Source: Candidatus Woesearchaeota archaeon (GTDB lineage: Archaea > Nanobdellota > Nanobdellia > SCGC-AAA011-G17 > GW2011-AR20). From it: a stretch of DNA of 50,207 nucleotides. Below the pieces are notes generated by a model. That model saw only the letters and a program-made list of their open reading frames with translations, did no database searches and was not told where the DNA came from. Both the position numbers and the translations under genes were made by a program. Where the stretch lies: NCBI GenBank assembly GCA_016181245.1, contig JACOZR010000017.1, positions 1 through 50,207 of the forward strand, given 5' to 3'. Shown piece after piece: positions 15,583 through 24,903 of the stretch. The stretch's first letter is position 1; every line of letters begins with the position of its first letter.

Positions 15583-16608
15583 TTAATCTTTTCTTTTGAT
15601 TTCAATTAGATTCTTTTTTATCTTAATATCTGTGTTTAAGAATTCCTTTATTATATGAATATTTGCTTCTAAATGCTTTGTGACTTTTGGAACTTTGATT
15701 ATTGAATTTTTTGTGAATGCTAGATAAGGAATAATTTGATCTGCTAAGTATTCATCTACTGTGGCTTTGCTTAGAATTTGTTTTAATAAACCTATGGCTG
15801 CTTCTTCTCCTACTTTTTCACTGTACTTTCCTTTTGCGCCTAGAGCATCCCACGCTAATATACAATTATCAAATTCTGCTTTTAACAAGATTGATGAGCC
15901 TGTGCTTAATGAATCTTTATATTCAAGACCTATGCTAATATGACTTTCTAAATTATTTCCTAGAACTTTTTCTGCACTTAAAGATTGACGTTCTGCTACC
16001 TTTGCTTTTTTTAAGTCTAAAGTTGCAAATGAAATTCCTGATAATTTTCTTAGAACTCCTTGTTCTGTTAATTCTAGATTTGTTATTTCCTTTAATGGTT
16101 TGCTTCTGAATATTAAATCTGCTCCGCCTTTAGGATAAAAACCGTGTTTTAGAATTTCTATGCTACAATTAAAGCCTAGTTTTTTTAATGTTGGAATTAA
16201 AACATCTTGAAAATAATAAATACTCGGCGCTTTTTCATTAAACGTTGCGCCGCCTTTAATCCTGATTGTTAAATTATGTTTTAAGAACAAAGAGGGAAGC
16301 ATTAATGTTTGTAAAGCTAAGCAAACACTACCGGCTGTTCTTATTTCAACATTTAATTGTTTTTTAGTTATTTCCTTAGGTATGAATTCTAATTCTTTAC
16401 TCCCCAGTTCTAAGCCTTTTGTTTCTGCATTACATAACTTGGCTAGAGATTTTATACTTTGAAAATGTTGCTCTTGCAATCCTTGTTTTTCCCTGTTTTC
16501 TCTTATTTTTGTTATTTTAACTGGTTTTTTAGTTAAAGCTGAGAGAGCACAGGATAAACGAACTATAGAGCCTCCGCCTTCATGAATGTTGCCCTGAATT
16601 TCTATCAT
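15583..16608 (-). CDS. rtcA: RNA 3'-terminal phosphate cyclase
   Basis: Contains EGGGSIVRLSCALSALTKKPVKITKIRENREKQGLQEQH. Its length of 341 aa also fits. Confidence 0.85.
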   Translation of the reverse strand: MIEIQGNIHEGGGSIVRLSCALSALTKKPVKITKIRENREKQGLQEQHFQSIKSLAKLCNAETKGLELGSKELEFIPKEITKKQLNVEIRTAGSVCLALQTLMLPSLFLKHNLTIRIKGGATFNEKAPSIYYFQDVLIPTLKKLGFNCSIEILKHGFYPKGGADLIFRSKPLKEITNLELTEQGVLRKLSGISFATLDLKKAKVAERQSLSAEKVLGNNLESHISIGLEYKDSLSTGSSILLKAEFDNCILAWDALGAKGKYSEKVGEEAAIGLLKQILSKATVDEYLADQIIPYLAFTKNSIIKVPKVTKHLEANIHIIKEFLNTDIKIKKNLIEIKRKD

Positions 16609-16662
16609 TTACTTTTTTAAGCATAGAAACTTATATAAATATTAAAGTATTACTGTAATACT

Positions 16663-16793
16663 ATGCAAAAAGATGTTATAACATTTAAAGGAGATAGGAA
16701 TTTATGGATAGATTTTGTGGCAAAAGTGAAAAAAGACAGGAAGGAAGTATGGGAAGTCTTGGAAAAGTTTATTAAAAAATATTTAGAGGAATA
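16663..16793 (+). CDS. 43-aa RHH-like miniprotein. Not in the ORF track.
   Basis: Translation is MQKDVITFKGDRNLWIDFVAKVKKDRKEVWEVLEKFIKKYLEE. It ends 2 nt before the next ATG. Confidence 0.35.
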
Positions 16794-16795
16794 AA

Positions 16796-18388
16796 ATGCA
16801 AGTAGAAAAAATGTTTTTAGAAGAGTGCAATATCAACTCCAATAAAAAAATAAGGTTAAAGGATCTTATCAATACAATAAAAACAAAAAATGGTCAGGTA
16901 GATTTGTCTAGATGGATATTTTTAAAATTAAATGAAAAGGCAGTTGAGAAAATATGGAATTTTGCCAATAAGTCAGTACCCAGCAAAGGAAGGTTTGATT
17001 CTTGGAAAAAACTTGCAAAAATAACAAATCAGAACATTAGCAGCATCAAACATAGAAATGAAAGAAAAAGAGCAAAGCCTATAATTACGTATTTCTCATT
17101 GATAAAATTATTGGGAGATTATTCCAACCAATATGATTTTGACTGGCTAGAAAAGAATATTGTTTCTATTCAGTTTAAAAATAGCTCCAGTGCTTTAAGA
17201 TTTCCAAGAATATGGGCAGACTTAGGGCTTGGAGATATAGATCCCATAAGAGTTGTAGTGCCCTTGATTAAATGGGAGCTAGTTCAAAAGAACCCAATTG
17301 AAAAATTTTATTTAAAAGATTTTGTAAAAATAGTCAGGATAAAGAACCCATATCTCTTTAGTAAGCGAAAAAAACACAGTCCATTTAAAAAAATAGGTAA
17401 GTTCTATGAAGTCGATTTTACTAAAAAAGTTTATATCCACCTAAATGATAAATCTAAGAAGGATTTAATAAACCAATTTTATGATAAAATTCCAGGTTTG
17501 AATCTAAAAATCAAACAAAAAAATGCCTGTAAATTGCTAAACTATTATGTACCAAGAAGTTTAGGGGCGATATGCAGGAAGCGAAATCAAGGGATGCCAT
17601 TATTTATAGTATTAAAAATTATAAAATATCTCAATAACCGGAAGTATAATCTTCTATGGGTAAATGATAATTTGACAGGAGTTTCTTCTGGCGAAAGGAA
17701 GTTTTATCATATCAACTTTCCAGTAAACTGGAGAAGTTTAGAAGGAACTATGCTACTAACTACTTTGCTGGGTGATGGAGGTCTCGGATTTAGGTCCAGT
17801 TTATGGGCATGGTCTGTTCCACATTATGCTCAGTTTAGACACAAAGAATTGTTAAATCTATATGTAAGAAATACGAGAAAACTATTTGGATTAAAGATAA
17901 AATTGAAGGAAAGAATTGAACTCCCAGCAATATGTGGTTATATGATAGTAGTATCGGGGTACTTTGTACCGGGTCATAAAAGCTACACCAATCCTAACCT
18001 TCCTAATTTTATTACTAAAAACTTAAAATTGCTATCAACCTCTCTAAATTTGCTTATTTCAGATGACGGCTGTTTTAATAAGAACCATTTTTCTATTGCA
18101 GGAGGAAGCTATTACTCACAAAACAAACCTCTTAATTACATGAGGCAAATTGGAAATTCACTTAAAGAGAAAATTCCAGATGTTAGGATAACTTATAATA
18201 TGGATAAAGAAGGCACATATAATTTGGGGATAAAGGGAGGTTTTTTTGTAATGGAAAGGTTGAATCTGCTATTTAAAAAATATAATGGTGGTATATTTGC
18301 AAAAAAGAAAAATCAATTACTAAACAATTATTTAAACAACAGATACTACTCCCCGAAAGAATACTATAAGAGGTACTGTAAATGCTAG
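16796..18388 (+). CDS. Free-standing double-motif LAGLIDADG-type protein with a ~310-aa internally repeated N-terminal extension
   Basis: LLTTLLGDGGLGF and LNLLISDDGCFNK lie ~95 aa apart. The N-terminal half shows two similar ~150-aa modules. Confidence 0.6.
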   Translation: MQVEKMFLEECNINSNKKIRLKDLINTIKTKNGQVDLSRWIFLKLNEKAVEKIWNFANKSVPSKGRFDSWKKLAKITNQNISSIKHRNERKRAKPIITYFSLIKLLGDYSNQYDFDWLEKNIVSIQFKNSSSALRFPRIWADLGLGDIDPIRVVVPLIKWELVQKNPIEKFYLKDFVKIVRIKNPYLFSKRKKHSPFKKIGKFYEVDFTKKVYIHLNDKSKKDLINQFYDKIPGLNLKIKQKNACKLLNYYVPRSLGAICRKRNQGMPLFIVLKIIKYLNNRKYNLLWVNDNLTGVSSGERKFYHINFPVNWRSLEGTMLLTTLLGDGGLGFRSSLWAWSVPHYAQFRHKELLNLYVRNTRKLFGLKIKLKERIELPAICGYMIVVSGYFVPGHKSYTNPNLPNFITKNLKLLSTSLNLLISDDGCFNKNHFSIAGGSYYSQNKPLNYMRQIGNSLKEKIPDVRITYNMDKEGTYNLGIKGGFFVMERLNLLFKKYNGGIFAKKKNQLLNNYLNNRYYSPKEYYKRYCKC

Positions 18389-19800
18389 ACTATAAGAAAT
18401 TAAACTTTCAATGTGGAATAGAAATCCATAAACAATTGGAATCTCATAAATTGTTCTGTAAATGCCCAACTGTTATAGATAATTCAACTCCAAACCTTAA
18501 GATACGAAGAAGATTAAAGTCTGTAGCAGGAGAGATTGGAGAAAAGGATATAGCGATGTTATATGAAGAATCAAAAAATAAAGAATTTGTCTATGAATTC
18601 TCAAATGATTATGCATGCCTTACATGTTTAGATGAAGAACCTCCACAGAATATAAATCAGGAAGCATTGGATATCGCACTTGAAATATCTTTATTGCTAA
18701 ATGCAAAAGTAGTTCCGATGATTATAATTATGAGGAAAGTAATATTAGACGGATCGAATGTAGCGTCCTTCCAAAGATCTGCCCTTATAGCTGAAGATGG
18801 AGAAATAAATACATCTAAGGGGAAAATAAAGATCCCGACAATATTACTAGAGGAGGATTCAGCAAGAAAAGTTGGAGAAGATAAAGATTCAGTAATCTAT
18901 CGATTAGATCGTCTGGGATTTCCTCTGGTAGAAATATCAACCGCCCCAGATATCAAAGATGGAGAGCATGCAAAAGAAGTAGCCACCCTAATTGGTATGA
19001 CCTTAAGATCAACTGGAAGAACAAAGAGAGGAATAGGAACTATACGACAGGATATCAATCTATCAATCAATAAAGGTGCTAGAGTTGAATTAAAAGGATT
19101 TCAAGATCTTAAAAATATGCCTAGTGTTATAGATAATGAAATAAAGAGGCAGTTAAGTCTAATAAATAAAGGTGAAAAAGTTAAAGAGGAAGTAAGAAAA
19201 GTGAACTTTGATAATACTACCTCTTTTTTAAGACCAATGCCTGGAGCATCACGTATGTACCCAGAGACGGATGTTTCACCAATAAAGATAGATTCTTCAA
19301 TATTTAAAGGAATAGTTTTACCTGAACTTATTAGTGAGAAAATTTCTAAATTAGAGAAGAAATTTAATTTAAGAAAAACTGTTGCTCAAGAGGTTTTGGA
19401 GAATAATATTGAGCTAGAAAATTTATCTAAAAGATATAAGAATTTAGAACCAAAATTAATTGCTGATGTTTTACTTGAAATTCCTAAAGAGGTTAAAGCT
19501 AGATTTAATTTAAAGCCTAAATATGAATTTTTAGAAAAAGCTTTAGAAAATTTGAATAATGGCAAGATATCCAAGGATGCTATTGTTGATATTCTAGTTG
19601 CTCACTGCAAAAATGAAGAAGTTGATTTTAATTCTTTTAAGAAAGTTTCAGATAAAGAAATTGAGATAGAAATTAAAAAAATTATTAATGACAATAAGGA
19701 ATTAAATGCAAATGCTGTTATGGGAATAATAATGAAAAAGTACAGGGGAAAAGTTGATGGCAAAAAGATATTTGAGATAATTAAAAAACTTACTTCTTAG
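18382..19800 (+). CDS. gatE: Glu-tRNA(Gln) amidotransferase subunit E (compact form)
   Basis: Contains CGIEIHKQL..HKLFCKCPT, CLDEEPP, MRKVILDGSNVASFQRSAL, RGIGTIRQDINLSI and RPMPGASRMYPETD. Confidence 0.8.
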   Translation: MLDYKKLNFQCGIEIHKQLESHKLFCKCPTVIDNSTPNLKIRRRLKSVAGEIGEKDIAMLYEESKNKEFVYEFSNDYACLTCLDEEPPQNINQEALDIALEISLLLNAKVVPMIIIMRKVILDGSNVASFQRSALIAEDGEINTSKGKIKIPTILLEEDSARKVGEDKDSVIYRLDRLGFPLVEISTAPDIKDGEHAKEVATLIGMTLRSTGRTKRGIGTIRQDINLSINKGARVELKGFQDLKNMPSVIDNEIKRQLSLINKGEKVKEEVRKVNFDNTTSFLRPMPGASRMYPETDVSPIKIDSSIFKGIVLPELISEKISKLEKKFNLRKTVAQEVLENNIELENLSKRYKNLEPKLIADVLLEIPKEVKARFNLKPKYEFLEKALENLNNGKISKDAIVDILVAHCKNEEVDFNSFKKVSDKEIEIEIKKIINDNKELNANAVMGIIMKKYRGKVDGKKIFEIIKKLTS

Positions 19801-20023
19801 ATAATTTCTTTGCCAACTTTGTTTTTATTCTTCCTGCTTCTCTTTTTCCGGCTGAAATTGCTCTTTTCACTTCTTTTTTCGCTTCTTTTTTCAATGCGTC
19901 TTTTATTCTGATTGATTCAGTTTTGCTAGAATGAAGCAGTGCTCTTGATATTTTTTTACCTCTGCTTGCCTGTCTCCTAAAGCTTAACTTGGCAAGTCCT
20001 CTTCTGAAAAGTTCTCTCATCAA
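19790..20023 (-). CDS. Lys/Arg-rich small protein (77 aa), coupled to the upstream kinase gene
   Basis: Its start lies 1 nt after the upstream stop. Low-complexity basic sequence. Confidence 0.4.
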   Translation of the reverse strand: MMRELFRRGLAKLSFRRQASRGKKISRALLHSSKTESIRIKDALKKEAKKEVKRAISAGKREAGRIKTKLAKKLSKK

Positions 20024-20024
20024 T

Positions 20025-21653
20025 TTACGCCTCCTTTTCTTTGGTTATTGACCTTAACAAATATATCCCGAGGATAAATGCTATGGCTATGTAAAGATAT
20101 TTGATGTTTAAAATACCTTCGCTTTTCACTGGTGTTAATGCTGCTGCTATGATTAATGCTGCTATTACTACTCCTATCGTTATTCTGTTCATTGCACTAT
20201 CTAACTTGTAAGTTATTTTGTTAATTGTCTTTTCTTCTATGTCCACTTTCATATGCTCGTGACTTGATAACATTGACTTGATACTAGAAGGTAAATCATT
20301 CATTAGTCTCATGAATTCGTATGCATTTTTCTTTAAAACATTTTTTTGATATGATAAACTCTTTCTGTTATTTATTATTTTTTTAGCGTATTTTTTCCAG
20401 GCTTCTACAAAATTGAATTTTGGATCCATTTCCTTTGCAAAACCTTCTAATGTTGCTGCTGATTTTACCAGTAATATGAAATCTGGGATTAATTTTATTT
20501 TGTATTTTCTTGTTAAAGCTAGTATATCATTTAAGAAATCCTTGAAGTTTAACTGATCCAGGGTTATGTCATAATAATCTCTTCCTTTTTGGCTTAATTC
20601 CCTTTTGAATTCTTCTATGTTAATGTTTTTATCTACAAATCCTAGTCCTATCAAAGATTCTGCCAATAATTCTCTGTCTCCAAAAGACATGGCTATGAAC
20701 AAGTTTTCTGCATGGTAAATTTCTTCTTTACTGATTTTTCCAACAATCCCAAAATCCAAGAAAGCTATTTTATTGTTTTTTAATATAAAGACATTTCCTG
20801 GATGAGGATCTGCATGAAAAACTCTGTATTCAAAAATCTGCTTTAAAACTGCATTTACTGTTATTTCCACTGCTTTAGACCTTGATTTTTCATCTGCTTC
20901 ATCTATTTTTTTACCATCTATGAAGTCCATTACTAAGACTCTTTTTGTTGTGAAATCCTTGTAAACATTTGGAATTACTACATGTTTATCATTCTTGAAG
21001 TTATTATAGAAAATTTCTATGTTATTTGCTTCTTTTACGTAATTTAATTCGTTTTTGGTGTATCTTTCGAATTCTTTTACTATGTTTAAGAAATCATAAT
21101 CCTTTAACTCTGGATAATGCTTGTTTAGTATTTCTGCTATTTGGTATAAAATTTTAATATCTGTTTCAAATACTTCTTCTATATTTGGTCGCATTACTTT
21201 TACTGCTACTTTTTCCCCTGTTTTTAACCGACCTACGTGAACTTGACCTATTGATGCTGATGCTATTGGCTCTTTTTCAAATTTTAAGAAAATTTCACTT
21301 AGATTTTTGTTTAAATCTTGTTCTATGATTTGAGCTACTTCTCCAAAACTAAAACCTGGGGCATTATCCTGTAATTTACTGAATTCTTTTGCATAGTTTA
21401 TTGGTATTAAATCTTGTCTTAAACTTAATAATTGACCTAGTTTAATGAAAGTTCCTCCTAGCTCTTCCATTGCCCTTCTTAGTCTTACTTCTGTTGAGTC
21501 TTTTACTACTGGCTTGTTTCCCATTCTAAAACTTAAAGAAATTTGATTTCTAAAACCAGCTTTGTAAATTAAATAACTAAAACCTTCTTTGAAGAAAACA
21601 TCTAAAATTTGCCTAAATCTGTTAATTTCTTGAAAAGATTCTTTTAATGACAT
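20025..21653 (-). CDS. ABC1/UbiB-family atypical kinase with C-terminal TM helices
   Basis: Contains ELGGTFIKLGQLLSLRQDLIP, ASIGQVH and HADPHPGN. Confidence 0.85.
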   Translation of the reverse strand: MSLKESFQEINRFRQILDVFFKEGFSYLIYKAGFRNQISLSFRMGNKPVVKDSTEVRLRRAMEELGGTFIKLGQLLSLRQDLIPINYAKEFSKLQDNAPGFSFGEVAQIIEQDLNKNLSEIFLKFEKEPIASASIGQVHVGRLKTGEKVAVKVMRPNIEEVFETDIKILYQIAEILNKHYPELKDYDFLNIVKEFERYTKNELNYVKEANNIEIFYNNFKNDKHVVIPNVYKDFTTKRVLVMDFIDGKKIDEADEKSRSKAVEITVNAVLKQIFEYRVFHADPHPGNVFILKNNKIAFLDFGIVGKISKEEIYHAENLFIAMSFGDRELLAESLIGLGFVDKNINIEEFKRELSQKGRDYYDITLDQLNFKDFLNDILALTRKYKIKLIPDFILLVKSAATLEGFAKEMDPKFNFVEAWKKYAKKIINNRKSLSYQKNVLKKNAYEFMRLMNDLPSSIKSMLSSHEHMKVDIEEKTINKITYKLDSAMNRITIGVVIAALIIAAALTPVKSEGILNIKYLYIAIAFILGIYLLRSITKEKEA

Positions 21654-21708
21654 AAGTTTAAAATTGGTTTATTGTTTTATATATGTTACTAAAGTTGTGT
21701 TCATTTGG

Positions 21709-21806
21709 TATTTCAAAAATACTATATTAAGATTTAGACTCTGACCCTCAACCCAGCCATGCAACCAACAGAAAAGAATTTCAAAAATACTATATTAAGA
21801 TTTAAC
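21709..21806. CRISPR. Mini-CRISPR unit 1: repeat, 38-bp spacer, then a repeat that is degenerate at its last 3 nt
   Basis: ATTTCAAAAATACTATATTAAGATTTAGAC at 21709-21738 and ...TTTAACC at 21777-21806. The spacer is TCTGACCCTCAACCCAGCCATGCAACCAACAGAAAAGA. Confidence 0.65.
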
Positions 21807-21832
21807 CAAGACTCTTTATTGCTTTGTTAAAG

Positions 21833-22549
21833 TTATTTACACATTCTGGAAATTAATTTAAACCATTTTCTGAATGATTCTGCAACATCTTTATTTTCTA
21901 TCATAAAACCTGTCGGACTCTTTTCTTTCCATAAGACTATAGCGACTTTATCCCCAAAAATGTTTACTACAGTGTTTGAATCAAAACCAGAAGGCAGTGC
22001 TTTTCCTTCAAATAATTGTTTCTTTACAAGCTTGTCTCTAACTTCTTTCTTATCCCACAAACCAATAAACTTCAGCTTTTTTTTTATTCTATCTTTTTCA
22101 AAATGAGGCATAAAATACGGAAGCTCATCAAAGACAATCCCTTTAGCTCCTATCATTAAAATATCTGTTCCTTCTTTAAGCATTTCAGAATGTATTGTTT
22201 TTAGCCCTTCTTTTCCTTTATAGATTGAAGCATTAATCTCTTCTCTTTTCATGCCTTCAAGCCTAAGTAATTCAGGCATAGCTTCTGTTAAAGCTTGTTT
22301 CTTCTCTTCTAAGCAGGAATATAATTTTCTTGGGGATACTGCCTGAAAATACTTTTTGAAGTCTTTTACAACTGAGCTAACCATTCCTTGTCCTTCTAGC
22401 TTTTCTAAAGCATCATAAACAGGAGAGCGATGCATTTTCGACTCTTTTATGATCTGCTGTGCTGTTGCAGAACCTAATTTCAACAATGAAAGGTATACCA
22501 CTGCTTGGTTTCTTGTTAATCCGATGTTTTCTAAGACCTTGGTATCCAT
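21833..22549 (-). CDS. TrmB-family transcriptional regulator
   Basis: Contains LENIGLTRNQAVVYLSLLKLGSATAQQIIKESKMHRSPVYDALEKLEGQGMV. Confidence 0.8.
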   Translation of the reverse strand: MDTKVLENIGLTRNQAVVYLSLLKLGSATAQQIIKESKMHRSPVYDALEKLEGQGMVSSVVKDFKKYFQAVSPRKLYSCLEEKKQALTEAMPELLRLEGMKREEINASIYKGKEGLKTIHSEMLKEGTDILMIGAKGIVFDELPYFMPHFEKDRIKKKLKFIGLWDKKEVRDKLVKKQLFEGKALPSGFDSNTVVNIFGDKVAIVLWKEKSPTGFMIENKDVAESFRKWFKLISRMCK

Positions 22550-22591
22550 AGTAAAACCCCATTTGTTCAGATATATAAGCTTTTCTTTGTT

Positions 22592-22611
22592 GTAATTCTA
22601 AAAAGAATTAC
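22592..22611. promoter_or_regulatory. Inverted repeat GTAATTCT-AAAA-AGAATTAC in a divergent promoter (candidate operator)
   Basis: 8-bp arms read directly. A TATA-like atatataag lies nearby. Confidence 0.3.
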
Positions 22612-22653
22612 TATATTTTAATAATATAACATATCCTCTTTAGAGTAGTTAAA

Positions 22654-23634
22654 ATGAATAAACATAAAACGATTTTAGGAACTATATTAGTTTCAAGTTT
22701 GTTGGGATGTAATGAACCACATACAGAAACAGAAATCTATAATGATACTTTGAGGGTTGAAAATGTTTGGATGCGAAGTGATGGAAGAAGAATTGTGGAA
22801 TATGTGCATCAAGATGGTATTGCTCATATCTTACGCGAAGGCTCACATGACCTCTTTTCAGGGAGATACAATAATATAATTCAGGTTAAATATATCGGCG
22901 GAAAAAAATTGTTAGTTCATACAAAAAGAGACTCCACGCACAGTAGACATCCCAGTAGAACAGACTATTTTACTTTGTGTTTACCTAATAACTACAAAAT
23001 ACGAGGGCTAACAACTGAAGAAGGAGGTTTTCTTGATCGCAGAGATATAGACGTTTATAATATTGAGAATGATGCCCAAAAAGAAATAGGTGATCTGGAG
23101 GAAAGAGAAATATTGAATGTGTTTAGAACCTCAAACCCTACATTTAATTACCCTCCTATGGGCAGTGTTCAAAGATGCAGTGTTTCGTTTAGGGTGAGAG
23201 AAATATATTTGACTGGATTTATGAAACATCGGTCTAGAAAAGAATGGGAGAGATTTAATAATAGTGGGGTTGATGAAATCGCTGAGCTGTCTGGATTTAA
23301 AGAATTAAGCGATACTGACATATTAGTATTATGTATTGATAAGGAAGGAAGACACTATGCTATAGGCGCAGGGATGTTATTATGGGGGGAAAATAAATAT
23401 AATACTATCATTCTAAAAAGTGGTGGGAGGGATACAACCTTAACCTTAGAAAGTCGTATTATCTCGGAGAACCTAAGAGTAGATAATTATACCTTAACAG
23501 TACCAGAAGGTGTAACACTTGATAGTCTAAAGAAACTGGATTTAGGTCGGTTCCTACAAGATAAGCAGCCAGAAGAGCTCTATAAATTAGTAAGAGAAGA
23601 TACCCTCTTTATATATGATGGAAGTGTACATTAA
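22654..23634 (+). CDS. Putative lipoprotein (326 aa)
   Basis: Signal peptide plus lipobox-like ILVSSLLGC. Confidence 0.6.
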   Translation: MNKHKTILGTILVSSLLGCNEPHTETEIYNDTLRVENVWMRSDGRRIVEYVHQDGIAHILREGSHDLFSGRYNNIIQVKYIGGKKLLVHTKRDSTHSRHPSRTDYFTLCLPNNYKIRGLTTEEGGFLDRRDIDVYNIENDAQKEIGDLEEREILNVFRTSNPTFNYPPMGSVQRCSVSFRVREIYLTGFMKHRSRKEWERFNNSGVDEIAELSGFKELSDTDILVLCIDKEGRHYAIGAGMLLWGENKYNTIILKSGGRDTTLTLESRIISENLRVDNYTLTVPEGVTLDSLKKLDLGRFLQDKQPEELYKLVREDTLFIYDGSVH

Positions 23635-23699
23635 ATTTGATAATAAATAAAACCTCTTTGCCCAATCGTTGTGAAAGGCTATAATTGCCGTTTGAATGA

Positions 23700-24185
23700 T
23701 TATTCTATTTTACTAATTAAATCTCCTCTACTTATCTTACCTTCCTTCAAAACTTTAGCATACCACCCTCTTCTGCCTTGCATTGTTTTTTTAAATTCAG
23801 GCCATCTTTCTTTACCAATGTATGGTAGAATTTTTAAATTTCCACATGGAATGCAAGGCTCTGAAATTTGGATTTCAATTTCTCCTACTCTATATTTTTT
23901 ATCAGGAGAAAAATCTTCATATGGAATCCCTATTGTGGTTATATTTTCTCCAATATCCCCTGGGTGAATTGCCCATCCTTCTTGGTTCAGCTGTTCAATC
24001 ATCTCAAAAGGCATTAGAAGTAGTGCCCAATCTGTTCTTCCATTATGTTTTTCTTGTCTATACCTATTGAAATCTCCACTGATCCCATTATAAGAGACAA
24101 TAGCAGATTCTACTGATTTTTTTGGTAAACCCCTTTCCCCAGCTATTTCAGGCTTAACATTTATTTGATATATTTTACCTTCCAT
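23700..24185 (-). CDS. MOSC-domain protein
   Basis: Contains HPGDIGENITTIG, EPCIPCGNL and GWYAKVLKEGKISRGD. Confidence 0.7.
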   Translation of the reverse strand: MEGKIYQINVKPEIAGERGLPKKSVESAIVSYNGISGDFNRYRQEKHNGRTDWALLLMPFEMIEQLNQEGWAIHPGDIGENITTIGIPYEDFSPDKKYRVGEIEIQISEPCIPCGNLKILPYIGKERWPEFKKTMQGRRGWYAKVLKEGKISRGDLISKIE

Positions 24186-24228
24186 TATAAAGATAAAAAG
24201 ATTTAATTATTAAATTTGCCTATAGCTC

Positions 24229-24753
24229 TTGTTTACTAACCCGGAATATATAATTTTCAATAAACAAATTGTTTTAAAAGGCAAACCCATTTATCTTTTG
24301 ATGTTATCCCTATCTTTTTTGGTTGTAGCAATTATCTTTATGATAATCCTTATTTTCCTGATGATAAAGTTCGAATATATTGTGGAGCATGTTCGGAATA
24401 TATCAGAAGACCCCGGAGGTTATTTTAAATTTGGGCAATTAATAATTTTATTTTTTGCAGTATTAAGTTTCTTAGCACTTTTAATATATAATATACTTGT
24501 TCCTCAAGAAGTATCATCAACAGATGTTTTCTTGGCTGTGGTAGTTGGAATATTAGGAACTATTCTAGGCGTATTTTACGGTTCTAAATCAGAAAAGTAT
24601 ATTTCTATACCAAGAAAAAAAGAGTTAAGAGATTATATACAACGTGTACAAAATCAAGCACAAATAATTGTTAAAGAATTTGAACGGGAACTTAAAGAAA
24701 GAGAAAAAGAGATTAGAGAAAAAGAAGAAGAAATAAAAAAATTTAAAAAGTAG
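24229..24753 (+). CDS. Multi-TM membrane protein with a K/E-rich tail
   Basis: Three to four hydrophobic helices. Start is TTG 24229 or ATG 24301. Confidence 0.6.
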   Translation: MFTNPEYIIFNKQIVLKGKPIYLLMLSLSFLVVAIIFMIILIFLMIKFEYIVEHVRNISEDPGGYFKFGQLIILFFAVLSFLALLIYNILVPQEVSSTDVFLAVVVGILGTILGVFYGSKSEKYISIPRKKELRDYIQRVQNQAQIIVKEFERELKEREKEIREKEEEIKKFKK

Positions 24754-24756
24754 TTT

Positions 24757-24903
24757 TCAAGAATGATCATTATCAGAATCTATTTCAAATATTTTCTTTA
24801 TCCTGTCACTTGATTCTTTTAAGTCTGCTAAAAATATTTCTGCTCTTTGTATTGCTGCTTTACTCCCAGGACTCAATTCAATATCGGTTCCATTTTCAGA
24901 CAT
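24757..24903 (-). CDS. Possible 48-aa acidic miniprotein. Not in the ORF track.
   Basis: Translation is MSENGTDIELSPGSKAAIQRAEIFLADLKESSDRIKKIFEIDSDNDHS. ORF only. Confidence 0.3.
   Translation of the reverse strand: MSENGTDIELSPGSKAAIQRAEIFLADLKESSDRIKKIFEIDSDNDHS

Noticed and set aside
21661-21708. Assigning a definite leader and transcription direction to the mini-arrays
   Set aside because: The evidence conflicts. The degenerate repeat and the AT-rich upstream stretch favour the + strand. The TTTGAAAT 3' end of the reverse complement favours the - strand. Orientation is left unassigned.
24754-24771. A 10-nt identity (TTTTCAAGAA) between the spacer of mini-array 2 and the sequence just after the 24229-24753 gene, as a possible self-target or CreA-like target
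   Set aside because: A 10-mer match for a 35-nt AT-rich spacer against about 100 kb of AT-rich sequence (both strands) is expected by chance. The flanking positions do not match.
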